From Acidimicrobiales bacterium (lineage in GTDB: Bacteria > Actinomycetota > Acidimicrobiia > Acidimicrobiales > AC-14): a stretch of 64,000 nt of DNA. The stretch is from the NCBI GenBank assembly GCA_036269435.1, contig DATASA010000110.1:5441-69440 (forward strand). Reading direction: 5' to 3'. Below the pieces are notes generated by a model. The model saw nothing but the letters and a program-made list of their open reading frames with translations, was not told the DNA's origin and made no database searches. Each line of letters starts with the position of its first letter. Position 1 is the first letter of the stretch. The translations under genes and the position numbers were made by a program. Of this stretch, positions 41,332 to 49,386 are shown in pieces.

Positions 41332-44300
41332 GTGCCGCGCCAGCTCCGGGTGACGGAGCTAGCCTCGGCACGAGAAATGGATCCGCAGCCATCTGCACCG
41401 CCCCTGGTCGCGGTCGTCGTGGCCGACACACCCGGGGAGTGGTTCGAAGAGGCCCTGCAGGCGGTGGGCAGCCAGGACTACCCCAACCAGTCGGTCCTCG
41501 TCATCGACGGCGCCGGCACGGAAGACCCCGGGCCTCGCGTGGCCGCGGTGCTGCCCGACGCCTTCCTGCGACGGCCGCCGTCCGGCCGGGGTGCGGGGTT
41601 CGCAGCTGCGGCCAACGACGTGCTGAAGACGGTCCAGGGCGCGGCCTTCCTGGTGTTCTGTCACGACGACGTGGCCCCCGAGCCCGACGCGGTACGGCTG
41701 ATGGTGGAGGAGTCGATCCGCTCCAACGCCGGCATCGTCGCCCCCAAACTGGTCGACTGGGACCAGCCCGACCGGCTGTTGAGCGTCGGGTTGTCGGTCG
41801 ACAAGACCGGCGCCAGCGGCCCCCTCGTCGACCACGGCGAGCTCGACCAGGAGCAGCACGACTCGGTCCGCGACGTGTTCGCCGTGTCCTCCGCCTGCCT
41901 GCTGGTGCGGGCCGACCTGTTCGCCGAGCTCGGCGGCTTCGACCCGGCCATGGCCGACTATGGGGCCGACGTCGACCTGTGCTGGCGGGCCCAGGTGGCC
42001 GGTGCCCGCGTGGTCGTCGCGCCCGCGGCCCGGGTCCGGCACCGGGAGGGCGCCGACGAGCAACCGGGCGCGGACCCCCGCCGCGCCCGCATGGAACCCC
42101 GCCACCACCTGCGGGCCATGCTCAAGAGCTACTCGTGGCTCCACCTGCTCCGGGTCGTCCCCCAGGCGCTGGTCGTCACCGTGATCGAGGCGCTGGTGGC
42201 GCTCGTCAGCCGGCGCGGCCGCGAGGCCCGTGAGCTGCTCGGTGCGTGGACCTGGAACCTCCGTCACTACCCTGACCTGCGCCCCCTGCGGGCCATGGTG
42301 CGCCGTAGCCGGGCCGTGCCCGACTCAGAGGTCCGTCGCCTCCAGGCCCGCGGCAGCGTGCGGCTCACGCTGTACCTGCAGCGCCGGTTGCACGCCGAGG
42401 AGCGGGCCCGCCAGCTCGTGGAGGCCGGGCACGAGCTGGTCGAGTCGGTGGGCAACGGCCCGGCCCGGGCCGCCACCCTGTTGCTCTGCCTTCTCGTCGT
42501 GGGCCTCCTCGTCGGCAGCCGGCACCTGCTGCACGGGCGGCTGCCCGACGTCGGCCAGTTCGCACCCTTCCCCCGCCCGTCCACCCTGCTCACCCACGTC
42601 TTCGACGGTTGGCGGACGACGGGCATGGGCTCCACCTCGCCCGCGCCGCCGGCCTTCGGCGTGCTCGGCATCCTCGGCCTGCTGTTCCTGGGCCACATGG
42701 GGGTGCTGGCCAAGGTGCTCGTGCTCGGCGCCTGGCCGGTGGCCGCGCTCGGCGCCTGGCGGCTTGGCCGGCCGCTCGATTCGACGATGGCCCGCCTGGC
42801 CGGCCTCATCGCGTACCTGGCCGTCCCCCTCCCGTACAACGCGCTGGCCGCCGGGCGGTGGACCGGGCTCCTGGTCTACGCGGCCATGCCCTGGATCCTG
42901 CTCCAGCTCGCCCGCATGAGCGGCCTGACCCCCTTCGGGGCGCCGCGGCCGGCCCGGGAGCGCCGCCGGGCGTTGGTCCGTGAGGAGCCGGGGTGGCGGC
43001 CCGGGCTCAAGCTCGGCCTCCTTCTCGCCGCGGTCGCCGCCTTCGCGCCCGGCGTCGTCCTGCCCGTGGCGGTCGCCGCTGTCGGACTGCTGATCGGTTC
43101 GCTCGTGGCCGGTGGCGCCGGCCGGGCCCTCGCCGCGGTGCGGGGCGCGGTCGGGGCACTGGTGGTCGCGTTCGTCGTCCTGCTTCCGTGGTCGGTGGCG
43201 CTGGCCGGACGGGGCGGGTGGTCCACGGTGCTCGGCGTCGGCCGGCTCCCGGCGCGGGCGCTCGGGCTCGGCGCCCTCCTGCGGTTCCAGGTCGGCCCCC
43301 TCGGCGCCGGCGTGCTCGGCTGGGCGGTCCTCGCCGCCGCCGCGCTGCCCCTGCTCGTCGCCCGCGACTGGCGCTTCGCCTGGGCCGTGCGGTTCTGGTG
43401 CATCGCCCTGGCCGCGGTCGGGGTGGCGTGGGCCGGCGGTCGAGGGTGGCTGCCGCTGCGGGTGCAGGACCCGGACCTGCTCCTCGCCTCCGCCGCGGCC
43501 GCCCTCGCCGGCGCCGTGGCCATGGGCGCCGCCGCCTCTCAGGTCGACCTGCGCGGGTACCGGTTCAGCTGGCGCCAGGCCGCCCCGCTGGCCGGGGGAC
43601 TCACCCTGCTCGCGGCCGTGCTGCCCATCCTCGGGGCGGCCGCCGACGGGGGCTGGAAGCTCGCCTCGCAGGAAATGACCCGCTCCGTCGCCTGGATGCC
43701 GGCGCAGGTCCCGCAGGGTGCGTTCCGGGTCCTGTGGATCGGCGACCCCGCCGTCCTGCCGATCGACGGCTGGGCCGTGCCCGGCGAGGACGGGGTCGCC
43801 TTCGCCACCTCCCGCAACGGCGCGCCGAACGTGACCGACCTCTGGCCCGGGCCACCGTCGGCGGCAACCGTCTCCATGGGCGACGCCATCCGCACCGCAC
43901 GGGCCGGCGGGACCGCCCGGCTCGGGCGGCTGCTGGCCCCGATGGCCGTGCGCTACATCGTCGTCCCGAAGCGGCTGGCGACCGGTGAGAGCGCCGTCGG
44001 CAGCCTGCCCGCGCCGGCGAGTCTCACCCGGGCCCTCGGCTCCCAGCTCGACCTCCGGCTCCTCCCGTCGGACCCCTCGCTGGACGTCTACGAGAACGTG
44101 TCGTGGGGGCCGGCGCGGGCCGAACTGGCCGAGAGCGCTCCGGCGCCGCTGCCGAGCCAGCTGGAGGCCGGTGCCGACCTCTCCGGCGGCCAGCCGGTCC
44201 TCGGCGGCAGCGGGCCGGTGCGGTTCAGCGGCCAACTGCCGGCGCCCGGGCGCGTCCTGCTCTCCGAGTCCCCGTCGCCCGCGTGGCAGCTGACGGTGGG

Positions 44301-44535
44301 GGGCCGGACGGCCTCCCGGTCCCGGGCCTTCGGGGTGGCCAACGTCTTCACCACGGGCCAGGCCGGGTCGGCCAGGATCCGTTACCGCACGCCGCTGTGG
44401 CGCTGGCCCCTCGCCTTGGTGCCGTTCCTGCTCTGGATCGTCGCCGCCTCCGCTCTGTGGCGCTCCCGACGCCGGCCGGCGCCGCTCGAGCCCGACACCC
44501 AGCTCATGCCCGTTCTCGCCGGGGTCGGCGCGTGA
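41332..44535 (+). CDS. GT2 glycosyltransferase fused to a large (~700 aa) polytopic membrane domain
   Basis: 1067-aa ORF (alternative start ATG 41377, MDPQPSAPPLVAVVVAD). GT2 part: QSVLVIDGAG, FCHDDVAPEPD, GGFDPAMADYGADVDLCWR. Followed by more than 12 TM segments and a C-terminal region with a final TM. Confidence 0.85.
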   Translation: MPRQLRVTELASAREMDPQPSAPPLVAVVVADTPGEWFEEALQAVGSQDYPNQSVLVIDGAGTEDPGPRVAAVLPDAFLRRPPSGRGAGFAAAANDVLKTVQGAAFLVFCHDDVAPEPDAVRLMVEESIRSNAGIVAPKLVDWDQPDRLLSVGLSVDKTGASGPLVDHGELDQEQHDSVRDVFAVSSACLLVRADLFAELGGFDPAMADYGADVDLCWRAQVAGARVVVAPAARVRHREGADEQPGADPRRARMEPRHHLRAMLKSYSWLHLLRVVPQALVVTVIEALVALVSRRGREARELLGAWTWNLRHYPDLRPLRAMVRRSRAVPDSEVRRLQARGSVRLTLYLQRRLHAEERARQLVEAGHELVESVGNGPARAATLLLCLLVVGLLVGSRHLLHGRLPDVGQFAPFPRPSTLLTHVFDGWRTTGMGSTSPAPPAFGVLGILGLLFLGHMGVLAKVLVLGAWPVAALGAWRLGRPLDSTMARLAGLIAYLAVPLPYNALAAGRWTGLLVYAAMPWILLQLARMSGLTPFGAPRPARERRRALVREEPGWRPGLKLGLLLAAVAAFAPGVVLPVAVAAVGLLIGSLVAGGAGRALAAVRGAVGALVVAFVVLLPWSVALAGRGGWSTVLGVGRLPARALGLGALLRFQVGPLGAGVLGWAVLAAAALPLLVARDWRFAWAVRFWCIALAAVGVAWAGGRGWLPLRVQDPDLLLASAAAALAGAVAMGAAASQVDLRGYRFSWRQAAPLAGGLTLLAAVLPILGAAADGGWKLASQEMTRSVAWMPAQVPQGAFRVLWIGDPAVLPIDGWAVPGEDGVAFATSRNGAPNVTDLWPGPPSAATVSMGDAIRTARAGGTARLGRLLAPMAVRYIVVPKRLATGESAVGSLPAPASLTRALGSQLDLRLLPSDPSLDVYENVSWGPARAELAESAPAPLPSQLEAGADLSGGQPVLGGSGPVRFSGQLPAPGRVLLSESPSPAWQLTVGGRTASRSRAFGVANVFTTGQAGSARIRYRTPLWRWPLALVPFLLWIVAASALWRSRRRPAPLEPDTQLMPVLAGVGA

Positions 44536-46061
44536 TGCGCCGGCGGGGCCGGCGCGGACGCGACCGGGCGAGCGACCGGCGTGGCGCGCCGGGCGTCGCG
44601 TCCCCGTCGCCGAACGGCAGCCCGGCGCGCCGGACCCGGCGCGCCCCGGCCCTGGTCCTGCTGGTCGCCCTCCTCGCCGCCGGCGGGGTGATCGACCGCC
44701 GGGCGCGGGCGGCCCCCACGGCGGCGACGACCATCACCGCCCAGGTCCCGCTGGCCGCACCCGTGAGCGCCCGTTCGTCGGCGTGGTACTGCCCTGGCGG
44801 TCTGGCCGGCAACGCCGCCGCCGACGCCTCGGTGGTGGTCGCCAACGCGGGCACGCGCGCCCTGAACGGCACGGTCACCGTCTTCCCCGACAAGGGCGAC
44901 AGCCATCAGGCGCCGATCACCGTCGGGCCGGCCGGACGGGCCAGCCTCCGCCTGGCCGACGTGGTCTCGTCGACGTACGCGTCGGCCGTGGTCGAGCTCG
45001 ACGGGGGCGACGCGGTGGTGGAGACCGTCGCCAGCGGCACGCTCGGCGACAGCTTCACGCCGTGCGCGTCGTCGGCGTCGTCGAGCTGGTACTTCGCCGA
45101 GGGCGCCACCACCAAGGACGCGACCGAGACCCTGCTCGCCCTCAACCCGTTCCCCGACGACGCCGTCATCGACGTCGTGTTCAGCACCGAAGAGGGAACG
45201 GTCACCCCGCAGGCGCTCACGGGCCTGCTGGTGAAGGGCCAGGCGCTGACGACGATCAACGTGGGCGACTACGTCCAGCGGCGGGAGTCGGTGTCGGTGA
45301 GCCTCGTGGCCCGCACTGGCCGGCTCGTCCTCGGCCGGCTGCAGACGTTCGACGGGACCGGCACCGGCGGCCGCAAGGGCCTGTCCATCGGGCTCGGCGC
45401 CGCCGCACCGGGACCGGTCTGGTACTTCCCCGAGGGCCTCACCGCCGACGGTGTCGGGGAGCGGTTCCAGATCTACAACCCCGGCAGCCAGGAGGCCCAG
45501 GTGCAGCTCAGCCTCGTCCTCGACGCCGGCGAAGCCGAACCGCTGCAGGTCACCGTCCCGCGAGAGTCGCGGGTGACCGTCATTGCCAACGACGAGAGCC
45601 GCATCCCGAAGGGGGTCGGCCATTCCGTCACCGTGAGCACGACCAGCGGCCCCGACGTCGTCGTGGAGCGGACGGTCGACGGCACCTCGCCCAGCACCCG
45701 GCTCGGGCTGTCGATCGCCCTCGGCGCCCGGCTGCCGGCCACCCGCTGGGCCGTCGCCGCCGGGGGGGCGGACGACGCCAACGATGCGTGGGTGGTCGTG
45801 CAGAACCCCGGTACGCGCTCGGCCCAGGTCACGGTGAACCTCCTCGGGGACGGGACGCAGACGATCGTCGGCGGCCTGGCATCGGTCGAGGTGCCGGCCG
45901 GCCAGCGGCGGGAGCTGCACCTGAACCCGACGCTCAAGCGGGCGACCACGCCTCTGATCCTCACCGCGTCCGCACCGGTGGTCGTCGAACATGACAGCTA
46001 CAAGGTCAAGGCCCCGGGCCTCGCCATGTCGGCCGCGATCCCGCTGCGCGAACCGACCTGA
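44532..46061 (+). CDS. Membrane-anchored hypothetical protein, DUF5719-like
   Basis: GTG 44532 overlaps the upstream stop (GTGA). N-terminal TM ALVLLVALLAAGGV. Recurring WYCPGG / WYFAEG / WYFPEG motifs. Family assignment is from memory only. Confidence 0.6.
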   Translation: MMRRRGRRGRDRASDRRGAPGVASPSPNGSPARRTRRAPALVLLVALLAAGGVIDRRARAAPTAATTITAQVPLAAPVSARSSAWYCPGGLAGNAAADASVVVANAGTRALNGTVTVFPDKGDSHQAPITVGPAGRASLRLADVVSSTYASAVVELDGGDAVVETVASGTLGDSFTPCASSASSSWYFAEGATTKDATETLLALNPFPDDAVIDVVFSTEEGTVTPQALTGLLVKGQALTTINVGDYVQRRESVSVSLVARTGRLVLGRLQTFDGTGTGGRKGLSIGLGAAAPGPVWYFPEGLTADGVGERFQIYNPGSQEAQVQLSLVLDAGEAEPLQVTVPRESRVTVIANDESRIPKGVGHSVTVSTTSGPDVVVERTVDGTSPSTRLGLSIALGARLPATRWAVAAGGADDANDAWVVVQNPGTRSAQVTVNLLGDGTQTIVGGLASVEVPAGQRRELHLNPTLKRATTPLILTASAPVVVEHDSYKVKAPGLAMSAAIPLREPT

Positions 46062-46118
46062 GCGCCCGCTCGGGCGGCCCGGTACACGCGGGCACACCGG
46101 TTGGCCGATACTGAGCGG

Positions 46119-46541
46119 ATGGAACGGATCCTGGTGGCCGCCGCGGTCGTGGTCGTGGCGGCGGTCGTCGCCGTGGTGCTGGAGCGGCGGCGGCCGGAAG
46201 CCCCCACCCAGGGGACGTGGGAGGTCCCGGCGCAACTCGACCGGGCCGACTTCGACCGGCCCGACGCAGCCTGGTTGGTGGCCGTGTTCACGTCGGCGAC
46301 CTGCGACTCCTGCGCCCAGGCCGTGCAGCGGTGCCAGGTCCTGGCCAGCGACGCGGTCGCCGTCCAGGAAGCCGAGGTCAAGGCCCGCCCCGACCTGCAC
46401 GAGCGCTACCACATCGAGGCGGTCCCGATCATCGTCGTGGCCGACGCGGACGGGGTGGTCCGCACCTCGTTCACCGGGCCTCCGTCGGCCACCGACCTGT
46501 GGGCCGCGGTGGCCGGGGTCCGCGACCAGGCCGAGGGCTGA
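46119..46541 (+). CDS. Membrane-anchored thioredoxin-fold protein (CxxC = CDSC)
   Basis: Track ORF 46101..46541 (TTG start); ATG 46119 preferred. TM ILVAAAVVVVAAVVAVVL, then VAVFTSATCDSCAQ and VPIIVVAD, typical of the Trx fold. Confidence 0.65.
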   Translation: MERILVAAAVVVVAAVVAVVLERRRPEAPTQGTWEVPAQLDRADFDRPDAAWLVAVFTSATCDSCAQAVQRCQVLASDAVAVQEAEVKARPDLHERYHIEAVPIIVVADADGVVRTSFTGPPSATDLWAAVAGVRDQAEG

Positions 46542-46556
46542 CCGGGCCGGCCGCTG

Positions 46557-47642
46557 CTAGAGGTACTGCCCGATCGGCGGGTCGTCGGCCCGGGCGCCGA
46601 CCCGGGTGAGCTCACCCCGACGCTCGAACACCTCGGCGAGGGTCAGCTCGCCGGCGGTGTCCGCGCCGATCAGCGCCGTCGCCTCCTCACGGCTGAGCGA
46701 ACGGAACTCCACGTCGGCCAGGCACCGCCCGGGCCGGGCCACCGCCGGGTGCAGGCGACCGATCGGCTCGTTCGTGGTGAGCAGCACGAGGACGTTCAAG
46801 CCCTGGCCGATGAACCCGTCCGAGAGGCTGAGCAGGCGCGACAGCGACTGGCCCGACTCCCGCTTGGCGTCCGCCCGCAGCAGCTCGTCGGCGTCCTCGA
46901 ACACGAGCAGCCGCCACCGGGGCGACGGGTCGTCGTCGTCGCCGGGGTCCGCCGCCTCGAGCAGCACCGACATCATGTAGCCGGCCTCGCCCAGGAACCG
47001 CTCGGCGTCGACCACGAACAGCCCCCGGCACCAGCCGGCCCACGCCCGCACCAAGGCACGGATCGCCGTGGTCTTGCCCGTGCCGGGAGGCCCGTGCCAC
47101 AGGAGCAGCCGGCCGCCGGCGCCGGGCGAGGACAGTTCCATCAACGCGCCGAGCCGGTCGCGGACCGTCGACGGGTAGTTCGGCGCGATCGATTCCCACG
47201 CCGGGACGTCGACCCGCCGCTTCACCTGCTTGAGGCAGGACGGCGTGCCGTACCAGAACTCGATCTCGACCGTCTCCGGCTTGGGCTCGACCAGCGGGCT
47301 ACGGGCCCGCACGTCGCACACGGCCTTGGCCAGCTCCTCGGCGCCCACGGCGGTGACGGCGACCTCAGCGGTGCCGTTGCGCCACCGCTGGACGCACACC
47401 GACCAGCCCGGGCCGCGGGCCAGGACGCGGTCGGCGTAGTCCTCGGTCACCTGCCATCGCACCGAGTCGATCGGCACCAGGTCGGCGGCGCGGGCCACGC
47501 CCGTGACCTTGAACGTCTCGGCGAAGGCCTCTTCACCGCTCACGAAGCGCGCCAGGGCCATGGACGACAGGGCGTCCCACAGCTCGTTCACCCCTTGGAA
47601 GGTGAGGCGGATCGGCGGCTCGTTCGAGGCCATGCCGGCCAT
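46557..47642 (-). CDS. Classical-clade AAA+ ATPase with uncharacterised ~190-aa N-terminal domain
   Basis: 361 aa. Walker A GPPGTGKT, Walker B LLVFEDADELL, sensor/Arg-finger region LLTTNEP...ARPGRC. Confidence 0.8.
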   Translation of the reverse strand: MAGMASNEPPIRLTFQGVNELWDALSSMALARFVSGEEAFAETFKVTGVARAADLVPIDSVRWQVTEDYADRVLARGPGWSVCVQRWRNGTAEVAVTAVGAEELAKAVCDVRARSPLVEPKPETVEIEFWYGTPSCLKQVKRRVDVPAWESIAPNYPSTVRDRLGALMELSSPGAGGRLLLWHGPPGTGKTTAIRALVRAWAGWCRGLFVVDAERFLGEAGYMMSVLLEAADPGDDDDPSPRWRLLVFEDADELLRADAKRESGQSLSRLLSLSDGFIGQGLNVLVLLTTNEPIGRLHPAVARPGRCLADVEFRSLSREEATALIGADTAGELTLAEVFERRGELTRVGARADDPPIGQYL

Positions 47643-47712
47643 GGTGACAGCCGGCGCCTGCGAGCCGCTGCGGTTTTCGGGCCGCCTGCGGGGTCAGCCG
47701 GCCGGCGGTTCT

Positions 47713-47794
47713 CGGGCCGAGTGGGGCAGGTCCCGGGGATGGATGTCGGGCCGAGTGGGTCAGGTCCCGGGGATGGATGCCGGGCCGGGTGAGG
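47713..47794. repeat. 34-nt direct tandem repeat (2 near-identical copies plus a degenerate third) spanning the phosphoesterase stop codon
   Basis: 47713-47746 CGGGCCGAGTGGGGCAGGTCCCGGGGATGGATGT versus 47747-47780 CGGGCCGAGTGGGTCAGGTCCCGGGGATGGATGC (2 mismatches). Partial third copy from 47781. Confidence 0.85.
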
Positions 47795-49319
47795 GGTGCA
47801 CCGGCAGGGTCATCGGCGGGCGCGGCGCCTGGTTGAAGTCGAAGGCGGCGGTGATGTCGCCCAGCTGCTTGGCGTTCTCACGGACGTCGGGGCGGGGGTC
47901 CGGGCGACCGTCGGTGGCAGGGTCGAGGCGTTGGCCGCCGAGGAAGTCGTCCTCGATGAACTTGGCGTAGGCGTCGAAGCTGAGCGTCTGGTGGTCGATG
48001 AAGCCCTGCTTGGCGTACGGGCTGATGACCAGGCCCGGGACCCGCAGGCCGTAGCCGTTCTCGTCGACCTTGGGCGGGACGACATTGTCGTAGAAGCCAC
48101 CCCAGTCGTCCCAGGAGAGGAAGATGGCGGTGGAGCTCCAGTCGGGGCCGTTCATGACCGCGTTGACCAGGCTGGTCACGTAGGCCTGGCCCGCGGAGGT
48201 TGCGCCCGGCGGGTGCTCGCTGACCGCCCCCGACGGGACCACCCACGAGACCGCGGGCAGCGTCCCCGCCTTGGCCTGGCTGTAGAAGTTGGCCACGCTC
48301 TGGATGTTGGCCTCCTGGCCATCCTGGCGGACGGTGTCGAAGTACGGCAGCGGGTTCCAGATCCCGGGGGTCTTGGCGTCCTGCTTGACCGGGGCGCAGC
48401 TCACCGCGGCGTCGTTCTGGCAGTCGGGCTCCGTGCCGGCGACGACGTAGTAACCCCACGGCACGTTGTCCTTGTGCAGCAGGTAGGTGAGGTCGGTCCA
48501 CGGATAGTCCGGACCGGTGACCGGAGCGACGGGGTCGCCCTCGGCGTCGGTCGCGGGGGCGGTGGTCGCCGGCGGCTTGGTTGTCGTGGTGGTGACCGCC
48601 GCCTTGCCCTTGGCCGGCGCCTTCGCCTTCGCCTTCGGCTTGACCGTTCCGGCCGCGGCGTTGGGGTTGGCCGGGCTCTGCAGGGCGTTCACGCAGCTCG
48701 ACGGGTTCCCCGCCTGCGAGCACAGCGCCGACCACTCCGACACCATGAACAGGTGCTCGGGCAGGCTCCACGAGGCGTTGGGCTCGAACATGTGGTCCTG
48801 GAGGACGAAGTTCTGGGCGTAGGACCAGTAGTTCGGGATTTCGCGCGCGTCCTTCCAGCCCAGGACGTCCGAGCCGCCGCCGTTGGTGCAGGCCGGGTTG
48901 TTGGGATCGGCGCAGCCCTTGGCCCCTTTGAGCGCAGAGGTCAGGAAGCCGTCCATCTTGCCGCTGTCGATGTCGGCCGTGGCGTTGTCCTGCCCGTGAG
49001 GACCTCCGCCGTTCACGTCGGCGGGGTCGTGGAACGGCTTGTCGCAGCCGCCGGTCCCGTTCGGGAGGCACACCGTGGGTTGGCCGTTCTGCATCGGTAT
49101 GCCGTCGACGCCCGGATAGGTGCCGAAGTAGGTGTCGAAGGAGCGGTTCTCCTGCATGATCACGATGACGTGGCTGATCTTGTGGATGCCGCCGGACGCC
49201 GCCGTGGTGGTGGACGTCCCTGGCGCGGCGGAGGGGGACCCGCTGGTGGCGGAGCAGGCGACCAGCAGGCTGGCGCAGGCGCCCAGGGCGACGAAGGGGA
49301 TCCGGCGGGGACGGGTCAT
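47760..49319 (-). CDS. Phosphoesterase-family protein (phospholipase C / acid phosphatase AcpA type), lipoprotein
   Basis: 519 aa. MTRPRRIPFVALGACASLLVAC (RR plus lipobox), HVIVIMQENRSFDTYFGTYPG, SWDDWGGFYD. Confidence 0.85.
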   Translation of the reverse strand: MTRPRRIPFVALGACASLLVACSATSGSPSAAPGTSTTTAASGGIHKISHVIVIMQENRSFDTYFGTYPGVDGIPMQNGQPTVCLPNGTGGCDKPFHDPADVNGGGPHGQDNATADIDSGKMDGFLTSALKGAKGCADPNNPACTNGGGSDVLGWKDAREIPNYWSYAQNFVLQDHMFEPNASWSLPEHLFMVSEWSALCSQAGNPSSCVNALQSPANPNAAAGTVKPKAKAKAPAKGKAAVTTTTTKPPATTAPATDAEGDPVAPVTGPDYPWTDLTYLLHKDNVPWGYYVVAGTEPDCQNDAAVSCAPVKQDAKTPGIWNPLPYFDTVRQDGQEANIQSVANFYSQAKAGTLPAVSWVVPSGAVSEHPPGATSAGQAYVTSLVNAVMNGPDWSSTAIFLSWDDWGGFYDNVVPPKVDENGYGLRVPGLVISPYAKQGFIDHQTLSFDAYAKFIEDDFLGGQRLDPATDGRPDPRPDVRENAKQLGDITAAFDFNQAPRPPMTLPVHPSPGPASIPGT

Positions 49320-49386
49320 GGCCCCTACGGTCGCCCTCGGGTGTTGGCACCCAGGGCGGATCCGGTGAGCATTCTGTGAGGGACGT

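Noticed and set aside
47643-47759. tRNA or small RNA genes in the larger intergenic gaps (also 6245-6429, 39472-39665, 51285-51409, 54034-54178)
   Set aside because: No cloverleaf-compatible segments or T-loop GTTCGAATC-like boxes were seen by eye. This is not a substitute for tRNAscan-SE or Infernal.
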